DNA from: Acidobacteriota bacterium | GTDB taxonomy: Bacteria > Acidobacteriota > Blastocatellia > Pyrinomonadales > Pyrinomonadaceae | Length of the DNA stretch: 64,000 nucleotides | Assembly: GCA_003223935.1 (NCBI GenBank) | Contig: QHXQ01000039.1 | Span: 2,535 to 66,534 of the forward strand | Reading direction: 5' to 3' | Shown here: positions 8,355 through 18,107 of the stretch, piece after piece | Numbering within the stretch: position 1 is the first letter of the stretch | How the letters are laid out: each line of letters starts with the position of its first letter | Notes under the pieces: model-generated | Told to the model about the DNA's origin: nothing | The model's database searches: none | What the model saw: the letters and a program-made list of their open reading frames with translations, nothing else | Program-made: the position numbers and the translations under genes

Positions 8355-9665
8355 TTAATCGGTTGTGACGGCGTGCGTGGCTGGCGCGGCTGTGTGGTAG
8401 AGCGCATAAATCTCGTCTTTCACTTCGGGCGGGAAGCAGATGCGATGTAGTTCATATCGTTGCAGGCCGCGCACGGCGTCGCTCACTTCGCTGATCTCGC
8501 GGATGCGCGGGCGCGCATAGCCATCCTCCACATAGATGCGCGCTTTGGGTTCGGCGTCGGCGCGATAGTAGTTGTAATAGGGCACGTCGCTCGCGTGGTC
8601 TTCAATGAAATAGTATTCGGGTGCGAAGCCCGCGCGGGCGACCACATCGCGCGCGGCGTTGAGAAAATCCGCGCGCTCGGCTTCGGGCATGTCCAAGTCA
8701 ATCGCTTTGAAGAAGCGGCGCGCGATGAAGCGCGTGCTCAGGTCGCGCAAGACGTGGTCGCTCGCGCGCCGCCACTGCTTGAGATGAAAGAGCACGTCCG
8801 AGTCGTCCATCTCAAGATGGTCTGCGAGCGTGAGCGGGATGCGATGGAGCATGCGCGCGAAAGCTGTGCCGGAAGCACACCACACGTCGGCGTCGGCGGC
8901 GACGAGTTCGAGCGCGCGGCGCAAGGTTGAACGCAGGACGGCTTCGGCCGAGCGCAGTGTGCGATGAAAATAGACTTGGCGAAACATGTAGTAGCGCGCT
9001 TGCAGATACTCTTCGACGGCGTAGAGTCCGCGCGCCGCGACATAGATGCGATCATTCTCTTCGTCCACCGCGAGCGCATTGATGATCCATTCGAGATCGT
9101 AGATGCCGTACTTCGCACCAGTCATCAGCGAATCGCGCAACAGGTAATCCATCCGGTCAACGTCCAACTGTGACGAGACGAGTTGCGCCAGCCACGCGGG
9201 TTGAAAACGACCCTCGATGATCTCTGCGACGCGCTCCGGCAGTTGCGGCGCGAACGCTCGCAGCACGCGGTTGATCTCCGTCGCTTCGTCGCGCACGGCG
9301 CGCGCCGTCCAATGTTCATGATGATAGCCGAGCACGTGCTCCATGACGTGTGAGAAAGAGCCGTGCCCGATGTCGTGCAAGAGCGCGGCGGCGCGGGCGG
9401 CGGCGCGCTCTTCGTCTGCGATTCCGTAATGCTCGCTCAAACGATCAAGCACGCGCGTGATCAGGTGCAGCACGCCTAAGCTGTGCGTGAAGCGCGAATG
9501 CTCCGCGCCTTGATAGGTGTAGAGCGCGAGGCCCAACTGCTTGATGCGGCGCAGGCGTTGAAACTCTGGCGCGTCGATCAGATCGATCATCAGACGCCCC
9601 TCGCGCGTGTCTGTGCGCAGGCGGATGATGTTGTGCACGGGATCGCGATAGATGCGTTCGCTCAC
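8355..9665 (-). CDS. HD-domain phosphohydrolase (COG1078 / SAMHD1-like family)
   Basis: 436 aa. Family-typical N-terminus: [12 protein letters not shown]...[12 protein letters not shown]...[13 protein letters not shown] metal site: [14 protein letters not shown]. Confidence 0.85.
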   Translation of the reverse strand: MSERIYRDPVHNIIRLRTDTREGRLMIDLIDAPEFQRLRRIKQLGLALYTYQGAEHSRFTHSLGVLHLITRVLDRLSEHYGIADEERAAARAAALLHDIGHGSFSHVMEHVLGYHHEHWTARAVRDEATEINRVLRAFAPQLPERVAEIIEGRFQPAWLAQLVSSQLDVDRMDYLLRDSLMTGAKYGIYDLEWIINALAVDEENDRIYVAARGLYAVEEYLQARYYMFRQVYFHRTLRSAEAVLRSTLRRALELVAADADVWCASGTAFARMLHRIPLTLADHLEMDDSDVLFHLKQWRRASDHVLRDLSTRFIARRFFKAIDLDMPEAERADFLNAARDVVARAGFAPEYYFIEDHASDVPYYNYYRADAEPKARIYVEDGYARPRIREISEVSDAVRGLQRYELHRICFPPEVKDEIYALYHTAAPATHAVTTD

Positions 9666-9718
9666 GCGGGTGAGTCTAGCATAGAGCAGGGATGAGGGCG
9701 GAAATGGAAATGATGAAT

Positions 9719-9770
9719 GATGAACGCCACAACGATGAACAGTCTTTCATTCATCGTTGTGGCGTTCATC
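9719..9770. repeat. Perfect 21-bp-stem palindromic element (GATGAACG family); probable terminator for ribA
   Basis: gatgaacgccacaacgatgaa (9719..9739) pairs perfectly with ttcatcgttgtggcgttcatc (9750..9770) across a 10-nt loop. It starts 3 nt after the ribA stop codon. A decayed second copy lies at 50082..50154. Confidence 0.8.
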
Positions 9771-9772
9771 GT

Positions 9773-10435
9773 TTACTCAATGGAGTCCAACAGGTGACCG
9801 AGTTTCTGTTTCTTCGTGCGCAGGTAGTGGCGCGCGGCATCGGACGATTCGACTTCGATTGGGACGCGCTCGACGATTTGCAAGCCCGCCTCTTCGAGCG
9901 CGCGCAGTTTCAACGGGTTGTTCGACAGCACCCGCACCTTACACAAGCCCAGATCGAACAAGACCTCTGCGCATTGACGGTACTCGCGCAGGTCAACCGC
10001 CAAGCCCAGCCGCTCGTTCGCCTCGACCGTGTCCGCGCCTTCATCCTGCAAGGCATACGCGCGAATCTTGTTGATGATGCCGATGCCGCGTCCCTCTTGC
10101 AGTTGATAGACAACTGCGCCGCGTCCTTCGCGCTCGATCATTGTGAGCGCGCGATGGAGTTGCGGCCCGCAGTCGCACTTCAAAGAGCCGAACACGTCGC
10201 CCGTCAGACACTGCGAGTGAATCCGCACGAGCGTCGGCACGCCCGCCTCCAGCTCGCCTTTGAAGATGACGACGAACTCTTCGCCGGTGTCGCGGGAACG
10301 ATAGCCGCCGATCTGAAACTCGCCATACTCGGTCGGCAGACGCGCCACCGACACACGCTCAACCGATAGCTCGGCGCGCGCCCAAGGGCACTCCGCGCTC
10401 TGCGCTTCTTCCAACACTCCGGATTTCTCAACCAT
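9773..10435 (-). CDS. ribA: GTP cyclohydrolase II
   Basis: 220 aa. Motifs: [24 protein letters not shown] (zinc/GTP site), [32 protein letters not shown] and RVLSNNPLK. Confidence 0.9.
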   Translation of the reverse strand: MVEKSGVLEEAQSAECPWARAELSVERVSVARLPTEYGEFQIGGYRSRDTGEEFVVIFKGELEAGVPTLVRIHSQCLTGDVFGSLKCDCGPQLHRALTMIEREGRGAVVYQLQEGRGIGIINKIRAYALQDEGADTVEANERLGLAVDLREYRQCAEVLFDLGLCKVRVLSNNPLKLRALEEAGLQIVERVPIEVESSDAARHYLRTKKQKLGHLLDSIE

Positions 10436-10530
10436 AAAGAAAAAACTCCCGCGCCGACAAAGAATGAACGCTGGCTGGCGCGATTGATTAGCTACCGCAA
10501 ATTATAAGAGCAGCGTATGGCTCGCGACAA

Positions 10531-10567
10531 GTCAGTGATTCAGTTAAAAGAAGAACTGATCACTGAC
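10531..10567. repeat. Short palindromic element related to the GGTCAGTG repeat family
   Basis: gtcagtgattcagtt (10531..10545) pairs with aactgatcactgac (10554..10567) with one bulge. The string tcagtgat(t)cagttaaa(a)gaa recurs in the loop of the 50958..51039 element. It lies in a divergent promoter region, so it is not simply a terminator. Confidence 0.6.
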
Positions 10568-10638
10568 CACTGCTACTTTCTGTTTTTCTTTTTCCGCAGG
10601 CGCGTTAAGATAAGCCCGCTCGTCTCCCCGCACGAGCA

Positions 10639-11643
10639 ATGCTAATGACCGGCGACGAAGATACTATCCCGCAAGATACGCCACCGCCGACGCAGGAGCG
10701 CCGGCCCGCGCTCGTCTTTCTGCGCGGCGAATTGTTGGCTGCGCCGATTCCGCTCGACCGCAGCGAGGTCACGCTCGGGCGCGCGCTCGAAGCCGACATA
10801 CGCATCAACGATCCGCGTGCCTCGCGGCTGCACGCGCGTATCAGCGTCGTGCATGAAGGGGACGCGCCGCCCACGTATCGCATCGCCGATCTCGGCTCGA
10901 CCAACGGCACGCTCTTGAACGGTCGCCCTGTGACCGAAGCTGTCTTGCAGGACGGCGACAAGGTGACTATCGGCGAGCACTTGCTCCGCTTCGAGTTGTT
11001 AGACGACATAGACCGCGAGTATCAACGCCAGATTTATCGTCTGCTCGCGCACGACGAGTTGACGGGGCTGCTCACGAGTAAATCTTTCTTCTCTGAACTG
11101 CGGCGCGAGGCCGGGCGCGCCGCAGCCGACAACCGACCCTTCTGCGTCTTGATGATGGACTTGGATCACTTCAAGCAGGTCAACGACACATACGGCCATC
11201 TCGTCGGCAGTCAGACGCTCGAAGATGTCGGCACGCTCATTACGCGCGCGCTCAGAGCGGGTGACGTGGCGGCGCGTTTCGGCGGCGAAGAGTTCGCGGC
11301 GTTTCTGTTGGATGCAGACAGCGCGCAAGCGCTCGTCGCCGCCGAGCGTGTGCGTGCGACAATCGAAGCACACATGTTTGCGTCTGTGCGGCGCGGCGCG
11401 GCGACGGACGAAGCATCGAGCTTTCACATCACCATCAGCATCGGCGTCGCCTCGTTCCCCAACGATGGGCGCGACCCGATTGAACTGATCGAACTCGCAG
11501 ACACGGCGCTTTACCGCGCCAAACAGTCCGGGCGCAACCGCGTCATGGCTTACGCCCAAGCATCCGATAGCAGCGCAAACCGCGCCCTGCCCGCGCGCAA
11601 CATCACACCCGTGCCGACGCAGTCAAAGGATGAACAAGACTGA
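10639..11643 (+). CDS. FHA-domain diguanylate cyclase (FHA + GGDEF)
   Basis: 334 aa. FHA motifs: VTLGRALEADIRINDPRASRLHARI...LGSTNGTLLNGRPV. GGDEF domain: LMMDLDHFKQVNDTYGH...ARFGGEEFAAFL...SIGVASFP...ADTALYRAKQSGRNRV. Confidence 0.9.
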   Translation: MLMTGDEDTIPQDTPPPTQERRPALVFLRGELLAAPIPLDRSEVTLGRALEADIRINDPRASRLHARISVVHEGDAPPTYRIADLGSTNGTLLNGRPVTEAVLQDGDKVTIGEHLLRFELLDDIDREYQRQIYRLLAHDELTGLLTSKSFFSELRREAGRAAADNRPFCVLMMDLDHFKQVNDTYGHLVGSQTLEDVGTLITRALRAGDVAARFGGEEFAAFLLDADSAQALVAAERVRATIEAHMFASVRRGAATDEASSFHITISIGVASFPNDGRDPIELIELADTALYRAKQSGRNRVMAYAQASDSSANRALPARNITPVPTQSKDEQD

Positions 11644-11899
11644 AAGCCGCGCGCGTTGGGTGGTTGGAAGCTACTCGGATCAGTTCAAGCTCAACTCAAA
11701 CCGACTACTGACCGCCTACTGCTTTCTGCCCGCTGTTTCCCACTTTTCCGCAACTTGGCAAAGGCGCGCGCGTGTAATGCTTACGGTCGGTTGCGCCGCC
11801 CGCTTACAGGCGTTATGCTTTTCGTTGAGCCTACGGTAAGCGTATCCCGACTAAAGCAACTGCAAGGCATCACATAAACGAACGACAGCGCGAAAGCCA

Positions 11900-12544
11900 T
11901 TGATCGATCAACTCAATCTTGCCAGTCAGCCGTTTCGCAACCGGACACTACCATGGACGGTCGCGGTCGTCGTCGCGTGTGCGTCCGTCGTCGCGCTCAT
12001 CCTCGTCGTCGGTGCGGGCCGACAGGCGCGCGCCCAAGCTGATCGCGTCGAACATGACGTGCAGGACTTGCGCGGGCGTGAGCAGGCTTTGCAGCAGAAG
12101 GCTGAAGAGGTCAGGAACACTCTGACGCCGGATCAACGTTTCGTGCTCGATGCCGCGCACGAGATTGTGGATCGCAAAAACTTCTCTTGGTCGCGTCTGC
12201 TCGCAGACCTCGAAAGCACTCTATCGGGTAACGTGCGTGTCGCGCGCATCAGCGTGCGCGACACACATCAGGTCAATGGGCAGACGCAGGCCGATCTGGA
12301 GTTGACGGTCGTCGGCAAGACGCCCACAGACATCGTGCACATGATCGGCGAGATGGCGCGCACCGGCATCTTCGATGCAGAGTTGTTGACGCAGCAGCCG
12401 CGCGCCGCCAAAGGCGAACCCGGCACGGAGGCCACTCTGCGCGTGCGCTATACGCCGCGCACAGGCGCGAGCGCCAAGCCGGAAGAGAGCGCATCATCCG
12501 CGCGCCTCGTCAACCCACAGCACGACACGACGGAGACGCAATGA
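11900..12544 (+). CDS. PilN-like type IV pilus assembly protein
   Basis: 214 aa with a TTG start. N-terminus INLASQPFRNRTLPW followed by one TM helix, a coiled coil, then FSWSRLLADLESTLSGNVRVARISV, which is typical of PilN-domain proteins. The stop overlaps the next gene (ATGA). Confidence 0.6.
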   Translation: MIDQLNLASQPFRNRTLPWTVAVVVACASVVALILVVGAGRQARAQADRVEHDVQDLRGREQALQQKAEEVRNTLTPDQRFVLDAAHEIVDRKNFSWSRLLADLESTLSGNVRVARISVRDTHQVNGQTQADLELTVVGKTPTDIVHMIGEMARTGIFDAELLTQQPRAAKGEPGTEATLRVRYTPRTGASAKPEESASSARLVNPQHDTTETQ

Positions 12545-13356
12545 AGCAGCAGCCCAGCGCGGAAGAACCGCACACGACGAGCGGGGGTGCGCAGTTGCGC
12601 ACGCGGCTCGTGACCGTGCGTCGCACGCGACGAGCGGGCGCGCTCGGCCTGCCAGAGATCATCGCGCTCGCCGTCGCCGCGCTGCTCTTCGTCGGCGCGC
12701 TCGCAGCCTACTCGCTCTATCTCGTGCCGCAGCGCACGCGCCTCGCCAATCTCGGACAGGAGCGCGAGCGGCTGGAGAAGCGTCTGCGCGATGTGAATCA
12801 GATAGCGGAGGAGCACAAGAGTAAAGATGCGCTCGTCGCGGACATCGTTAATAGTCTCGAAAAGTTTGAGACGGGCACGCTCGCACAGCGCGATGCGAGC
12901 AGCACCGCGATCATCGAAGAGTTGAACGAGAAGACCGCGCACAATGGTCTCGCACGCGCGCAGTTCTCCTTCACGCATCAAGAGGAGTTGACGGGCGAGC
13001 AATTGGAGAAACAGCAGCAACGCCTCGCCGCTTCGGGCGGGACGGCGACAGGCACAGGCATTGCGGCGCGCAAGCGGCAGAGCGTCTTTCCCGGCATTGA
13101 CATCAGCCTGACGGTCGAAGGCTCTTACGCGAGCATACGCCGCTTCATCCACGACATCGAGGCCAGCCGCCACTTCATCGTCATTGACGGCGTCGAACTG
13201 GAGAGCGTGTCGGACGCAAGCGCACAGCGCACCGCCGAGAGCAAGGTCGAGCGCGGGCAACTCGTTAGCCTGCGCTTGGACATGTCCGCCTACTTCCGCC
13301 GCGCCGCAGCCCAGATGGGCGGCACAACGAACAACGCTGACGGCACATCACACTAA
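12541..13356 (+). CDS. PilO-like pilus assembly protein
   Basis: 271 aa. Single TM helix (LPEIIALAVAALLFVGALAAY), a coiled coil, then a C-terminal alpha/beta part (IDISLTVEGSYASIRRFIHDIEAS). Translationally coupled to the pilN-like gene. Confidence 0.5.
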   Translation: MKQQPSAEEPHTTSGGAQLRTRLVTVRRTRRAGALGLPEIIALAVAALLFVGALAAYSLYLVPQRTRLANLGQERERLEKRLRDVNQIAEEHKSKDALVADIVNSLEKFETGTLAQRDASSTAIIEELNEKTAHNGLARAQFSFTHQEELTGEQLEKQQQRLAASGGTATGTGIAARKRQSVFPGIDISLTVEGSYASIRRFIHDIEASRHFIVIDGVELESVSDASAQRTAESKVERGQLVSLRLDMSAYFRRAAAQMGGTTNNADGTSH

Positions 13357-13379
13357 GCGGCGGAGGCATTAGAAAGATC

Positions 13380-14333
13380 ATGCCACTCTTTGCAGGCAAG
13401 ACTCCCACGGAACGCTACCAGACCATCGCCGCGCTCGCGCTCGGTCTCGTCGCCGTGCTCTTTCTCGGTCGTATGTTCTTCAGCTCATCGTCTTCCACGA
13501 CGAAGACGCCGCCGAAAAATCCGCCCATCGTGAGAGGCACGCCAGCCGATGGCGCACACTCTCCGGCTGCGCCTGACGGTACGTTTCCCGATATAAATCC
13601 AGTTCCGCCCATCAGAACTATTTCGTTTGATGGCGGCGACGGCGGGCGCAATATCTTCGCGTTCTACGAAAAGCCTGTGCCGACGCCAACCGTAGTGAAT
13701 ACGCCGCCACCCACGCCGACCCCAACGCCGCCTTTAACGCTGAGCGCCGTCTCGCCCACAAACGTCTTCGCGCAGACCGATGCCTTCACGCTCAATCTTA
13801 ACGGCGACAAGTTCACGCCGCAGGCGCGCGTCTATGTGGACAGCCAAGAACTGCCGACCACTTACACGAGCGCGCAGCAACTCTCGGCGCAAGTGCCCGC
13901 CGCGCTCATCGCCGCGCCCGGCACGCGCCAAGTGATCGTGCGCACGCCCGACGGGCAACTCTATTCCAACCCTTTGACGGTCAGCGTCGCCGATCCGCCC
14001 AAACCGCAGTTCACTTATATCGGCCTGCTCGGCGGTTCGCACTACAACGACAAGGCCATGATCAAGTCACCGACGACCGGCGGCATCATCGCCGTGCAAC
14101 GCGGCGACCAGAACCTACAGGCGTCTGAAGTGGCCACAGTGCAACGCGGCGACGTGGTCGGCGGGCGCTTCCGCGTGACCAGCATCTCCGAACGCTCGAT
14201 TGACTTGGTGGACACGCAACTGCGCATCAAACACACGCTCCCCTATGTCGAGTCGCGCAACACGGGCGCGCCCGGCATGCGCCCCTACACGCCGCAACCG
14301 CCCACAGCAGACGACGATGAGGAGCCGAACTAA
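13380..14333 (+). CDS. Membrane-anchored Pro-rich protein with IPT/TIG-like domain and PilP-like C-terminus
   Basis: 317 aa. N-terminal TM helix, a PTPTP linker and an IPT/TIG-like repeat (LSAVSPTNVFAQTDAFTLNLNGDKFTPQARVYVDSQEL...VIVRTPDGQLYSNPLTVSV). The C-terminus VQRGDVVGGRFRVTSISERSIDLVD resembles the PilP/GspC HR-domain motif. Confidence 0.45.
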   Translation: MPLFAGKTPTERYQTIAALALGLVAVLFLGRMFFSSSSSTTKTPPKNPPIVRGTPADGAHSPAAPDGTFPDINPVPPIRTISFDGGDGGRNIFAFYEKPVPTPTVVNTPPPTPTPTPPLTLSAVSPTNVFAQTDAFTLNLNGDKFTPQARVYVDSQELPTTYTSAQQLSAQVPAALIAAPGTRQVIVRTPDGQLYSNPLTVSVADPPKPQFTYIGLLGGSHYNDKAMIKSPTTGGIIAVQRGDQNLQASEVATVQRGDVVGGRFRVTSISERSIDLVDTQLRIKHTLPYVESRNTGAPGMRPYTPQPPTADDDEEPN

Positions 14334-14970
14334 ACAGCCCGTACAAGCGTCTGCTCGGCGCGATGAGCACGGCTATGCGCTCGTCGCGCTACTCGCGTTG
14401 ATGACGATCATCGCGCTCGTCATGATGAGCGCCGCGCCCTCTCTGCGCCAACAATCCTTGCGCGAGCGCGAGCAAGAGTCCATCGCACGCGGCGAAGAGG
14501 TGGCCGACGCCATCGCGCTCTACACGCAGATCAAAAACGCGCCGCCGACCGATTTTCAACAACTACTTGACGGCGTGGAGCGACCGGGCAGCATCAAGAA
14601 GATTCAACTGCTGCGCCCGAGCGCCGCGCACGATCCGCTCTCGAAGTCGGGCGAGTGGAAGATGGTGCATCCGGGCGACAAAGTCTTAAATGAATTTCAG
14701 GATCGCGTCGTGAAATACGCGAACGTGCCCAACGTGCAGGCCCTCCCGCCTTCGACCGTGAAATTCTTTGATACGTTCCGCGTCCAGATCAGCAACCTCA
14801 CCGATCTCAATAGCGATACTGACAAACCTGATTGCAGCGAAGACTCCGATCCAAACACGTCGGGCGGTCAGATCATCGGCGTCGTCAGTCGCAATCGCTG
14901 CGCTTCGGTCGTCACTTATTACGGCATCGAGCGCCACGACCTTTGGGTCTTCACCCCGCTCTTCCGCTAA
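14317..14970 (+). CDS. Pseudopilin-like protein (prepilin-type N-terminal hydrophobic segment)
   Basis: I place the start at the internal ATG 14317 of ORF 14200..14970, overlapping the previous gene end. MRSRTKQ...RRDEHGYALVALLALMTIIALVMMSA resembles a G|(F/Y)xLxxLL prepilin leader, but it lacks the canonical Glu at +5. Confidence 0.5.
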   Translation: MRSRTKQPVQASARRDEHGYALVALLALMTIIALVMMSAAPSLRQQSLREREQESIARGEEVADAIALYTQIKNAPPTDFQQLLDGVERPGSIKKIQLLRPSAAHDPLSKSGEWKMVHPGDKVLNEFQDRVVKYANVPNVQALPPSTVKFFDTFRVQISNLTDLNSDTDKPDCSEDSDPNTSGGQIIGVVSRNRCASVVTYYGIERHDLWVFTPLFR

Positions 14971-15123
14971 CTCGATCTCAACACAGCAAGCAAACGAAAC
15001 CAGCAACATATCTGTTGTGTGCTTCGCGTGATTTGATCGTGATCTGCAACGCGATCACCTGGGCATGTGCATGTGCATGTGATCATGTGTGAAAATTTTT
15101 TTGATCGAGAGTGAAATAAGTTA

Positions 15124-15152
15124 TTGACAACTGATCGCTTTATGTTTATAAG
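15124..15152 (+). promoter_or_regulatory. Near-consensus sigma70 promoter (TTGACA-17-TATAAG)
   Basis: TTGACA at 15124..15129, a 17-nt spacer, TATAAG at 15147..15152, in an AT-rich gap. A 9-bp stem (gaccacaag 15181..15189 with cttgtggtc 15209..15217) lies in the predicted 5' UTR. Confidence 0.55.
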
Positions 15153-15255
15153 TCCAATATGTTGTGCGCTGTTTAGTCTAGACCACAAGACAAACATCAA
15201 CACAGCATCTTGTGGTCATAACCAAACCAACTCAGAAAAGGAGCAACGAAGACTT

Positions 15256-15357
15256 ATGGCAACAAAGAAAGCAGGCGGTTCCAAAAAGGGTGGTGCCAAG
15301 AAGGGCGGCAAGGGCGGCGCGAAGAAGGGCGGCAAGAAGGGCGCGAAGAAGAGATAG
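15256..15357 (+). CDS. 33-aa Lys/Gly/Ala-rich highly basic micro-protein
   Basis: Internal ATG of track ORF 15124..15357, preceded by an AAAGGAG RBS. Sequence: MATKKAGGSKKGGAKKGGKGGAKKGGKKGAKKR. It is flanked by its own promoter and an intrinsic terminator. Confidence 0.6.
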   Translation: MATKKAGGSKKGGAKKGGKGGAKKGGKKGAKKR

Positions 15358-15437
15358 CGACCGCTTCAACCTAAGGTACTTAACAACCTTTCAAGGCGCA
15401 CACAAATTCCTGCGGTCTCAAGCGAGACCATCAAAGC

Positions 15438-15478
15438 GGACGGCGATTGCTCAAGCAGCGCGCCGTCCAAATTTTTTG
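15438..15478 (+). terminator. Intrinsic terminator
   Basis: The ggacggcg (15438..15445) and cgccgtcc (15461..15468) stem is followed by aaATTTTTTg. Confidence 0.7.
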
Positions 15479-15579
15479 TCCGTCGTCAGGGGTCAGTTGT
15501 TCTTTCTTTCATCAGTTGCTCGTTATATCTTCAGCATGCAACTCACATGAGAAGCACAACGGACAACTGACAGCTTCTT

Positions 15580-16035
15580 ATGCTTCGCGTCGCGCTGGTT
15601 GAGCCAGAGATACCGCCGAACACGGGTAACGTTGCGCGCTTGTGCGCGGCGACGCGCACGCCTTTGCACATCGTCGGCGTGATGGGGTTTCGCTTGGACG
15701 AGCGCGCGGTGCGGCGGGCCGGGTTGGATTATTGGCCCGAAGTCGAACTTCATCGGCAACGCGATCTGGCTGCGTTGCGCGCCGCATTGCCCGTCGCGCG
15801 CTTCGTCTATCTCACCACTAAAGCGGCACGTCCTTACACCGATTGGCGTTTCTGTGCGAACGATTGCCTCGTCTTCGGGCGCGAAACGGCGGGATTGCCC
15901 GAAGAACTCTTGCGCGCCAACTGGTCAAACTGCATTACCATTCCGATGCTCAATCCAAAAGTCCGCAGCCTCAATCTCGCCACCTCAGTCGCCATCGTGC
16001 TCTACGAGGCGCTGCGCCAAACGAACGCTTTTTAA
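15580..16035 (+). CDS. trmL: tRNA (cytidine/uridine-2'-O-)-methyltransferase, SpoU/TrmL type
   Basis: 151 aa. Motifs: VALVEPEIPPNTGNVARLCAAT...LVFGRETAGLPEE...IPM...RSLNLATSVAIVLYEALRQ. Confidence 0.9.
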   Translation: MLRVALVEPEIPPNTGNVARLCAATRTPLHIVGVMGFRLDERAVRRAGLDYWPEVELHRQRDLAALRAALPVARFVYLTTKAARPYTDWRFCANDCLVFGRETAGLPEELLRANWSNCITIPMLNPKVRSLNLATSVAIVLYEALRQTNAF

Positions 16036-16137
16036 GTTGCAATTGTCAATCCGGGTGTAAACGCGCCGCGCGTGTTAAGATATTCGTTTCTAAAAGCGGG
16101 CGCATTTTTCGCGCGCGTCATCTATTGCGGGGGCATC

Positions 16138-17955
16138 ATGGCTGAAGAGCGACAGGATATACGCAACATCGCGATCATCGCGCACGTCGATCACGGCAAG
16201 ACGACGCTCGTGGACGCGATGCTCAAACAAGCGGGCACGTTTGGCGCGCACGAGCACGTGCGCGACCGCGTGATGGATTCGATGGACTTGGAGCGCGAGC
16301 GCGGCATCACGATCATGGCGAAGAACACGGCGGTGCGTTATGGCAACGTGAAGATCAATATCGTGGACACGCCCGGCCACGCGGACTTCGGCGGCGAGGT
16401 CGAGCGCGTACTTAAAATGGTGGACGGCGTGATGCTCTTGGTTGATGCGGCCGAAGGGTGTCTGCCGCAGACGCGCTTCGTCTTGCGCAAGGCTTTGGAA
16501 GCGCGGCTGCCGGCCATCGCCGTCGTCAATAAAATTGATCGGCAGGACGCGCGCCCCGAAGAAGTGGTCAACGAAATCTACGAACTGTTCATTGACCTCG
16601 ACGCGACCGACGAGCAGATCGAGTTTCCCATTCTCTACGCCATCTCGCGCGACGGTGTGGCGAAGAAAAATTTGGCTGATGATTCAACCAACCTGCGCCC
16701 GCTCTTCGATCAGATCGTCGAGACGATCCCTGCGCCGCGTGCGCTGCGCACAGACGCGCTGCAACTCTTGGTCGCCAATCTCGATTACAACGAGTACGTC
16801 GGCCGGCTCGCCATCGGGCGCATCTTCTCAGGTGAGATCGCGACGGGCGACACGGTTGCCATCATCCGGCGCGACGGCACACAAACGAAGACGCGCGTCT
16901 CGCAGCTTTATGTGTTCGAGGGTTTGAAGCGCGAGGCGGTCGAGCGCGCTGGCATCGGCGAGATCGTCGCGCTCGCTGGCATCGAAGAGATCGAGATCGG
17001 CGAGACGATCACGAGCGCGGATAATCCACACGCCTTGCCAGTCATCGCGGTGGATGAGCCGACCATCTCGATGATCTTCGGCGTCAACAATTCGCCGTTC
17101 GCCGGGCGCGAAGGCAAGTACGTCACGTCGAGACAACTGCGCGAGCGCCTGGATCGTGAAGTGTTGGGCAACGTCGCGATCCGCGTTGAAGCGACCGACT
17201 CGCCCGATCAGTTCAAAGTTTCGGGGCGCGGCGAATTGCAACTGGCGATCTTGATCGAGATGATGCGGCGCGAAGGTTATGAAGCTCAGGTCTCGAAGCC
17301 GGAAGTGATCACGCGCGTGCGTGACGGCGTGACCTACGAGCCGATTGAGCAAGTGGTGATTGATTGCCCAGAAGAGTTCATCGGTGTGGTGACCGAAGCG
17401 TTGGGCCGGCGCAAAGGGCAGATGACGAAGATGGTCAATCACGGCACGGGGCGCGTGCGGCTTGAGTTCGACGCGCCGTCGCGCGGTCTCATCGGTTTTC
17501 GCGGCGAGTTTCTGACGGAGACGAAGGGCACGGGCCTCTTGAACACAGTCTTTGCGCGTTGGGACGTGTGGCAAGGCGCGATGCGCGGGCGTTCGACCGG
17601 CTCACTCGTCGCCGACCGCACGGGCGAGGCGACGACTTATGCGATCTACAATCTGCAAGAGCGCGGCACGATGTTCGTGCGCCCGACGACGAAAGTCTAT
17701 GAGGGCATGATCGTCGGCGAGAACGCGCGCACGGTTGACCTGGACGTGAACATCGTCAAAGAGAAGAAGCTGACAAACATGCGCGCCTCGACCTCCGAAG
17801 AGGCCATACGCCTCGTGCCGGTCAAAGAGTTGTCGCTCGAACAGGCGCTTGAGTTCATCGCTGACGACGAACTGGTCGAAGTCACGCCGCAGTCAATCAG
17901 ATTACGCAAGCGCGTGCTCGCCGCGAATCAGCGGCCGAAGAAGAAAGAGGCTTGA
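16138..17955 (+). CDS. typA: Translational GTPase TypA/BipA
   Basis: I place the start at ATG 16138 ([26 protein letters not shown]). G-motifs: [14 protein letters not shown] and NKIDR. The C-terminus has the BipA-specific length. Confidence 0.95.
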   Translation: MAEERQDIRNIAIIAHVDHGKTTLVDAMLKQAGTFGAHEHVRDRVMDSMDLERERGITIMAKNTAVRYGNVKINIVDTPGHADFGGEVERVLKMVDGVMLLVDAAEGCLPQTRFVLRKALEARLPAIAVVNKIDRQDARPEEVVNEIYELFIDLDATDEQIEFPILYAISRDGVAKKNLADDSTNLRPLFDQIVETIPAPRALRTDALQLLVANLDYNEYVGRLAIGRIFSGEIATGDTVAIIRRDGTQTKTRVSQLYVFEGLKREAVERAGIGEIVALAGIEEIEIGETITSADNPHALPVIAVDEPTISMIFGVNNSPFAGREGKYVTSRQLRERLDREVLGNVAIRVEATDSPDQFKVSGRGELQLAILIEMMRREGYEAQVSKPEVITRVRDGVTYEPIEQVVIDCPEEFIGVVTEALGRRKGQMTKMVNHGTGRVRLEFDAPSRGLIGFRGEFLTETKGTGLLNTVFARWDVWQGAMRGRSTGSLVADRTGEATTYAIYNLQERGTMFVRPTTKVYEGMIVGENARTVDLDVNIVKEKKLTNMRASTSEEAIRLVPVKELSLEQALEFIADDELVEVTPQSIRLRKRVLAANQRPKKKEA

Positions 17956-18107
17956 TGAATTGCCCGCAAGCCGACTTGTTGTCTTGACTTGCCGCTTAAC
18001 TTGACGAGACAATCCCCGCGCTCTGGCGTGCTTCCTTTTGCTGCGTCCCGACGCAAGCTAATCTGCCGTCGTTCGTTCTCGCGCAACTCTCAATTGGATC
18101 ATCAATC

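Noticed and set aside
11740-11775. TGGCA-containing string upstream of the pilN-like gene as a possible sigma54 promoter.
   Set aside because: The -12 TTGC element is absent at the required spacing (TGGCAaaggcgcgcgcg).
15212-15550. 112-aa + ORF overlapping the Lys-rich micro-ORF in another frame, and the 77-aa extended version from 15124.
   Set aside because: The extended start coincides with the -35 box of the predicted promoter. The alternative frame reads through the terminator hairpin and has no RBS.
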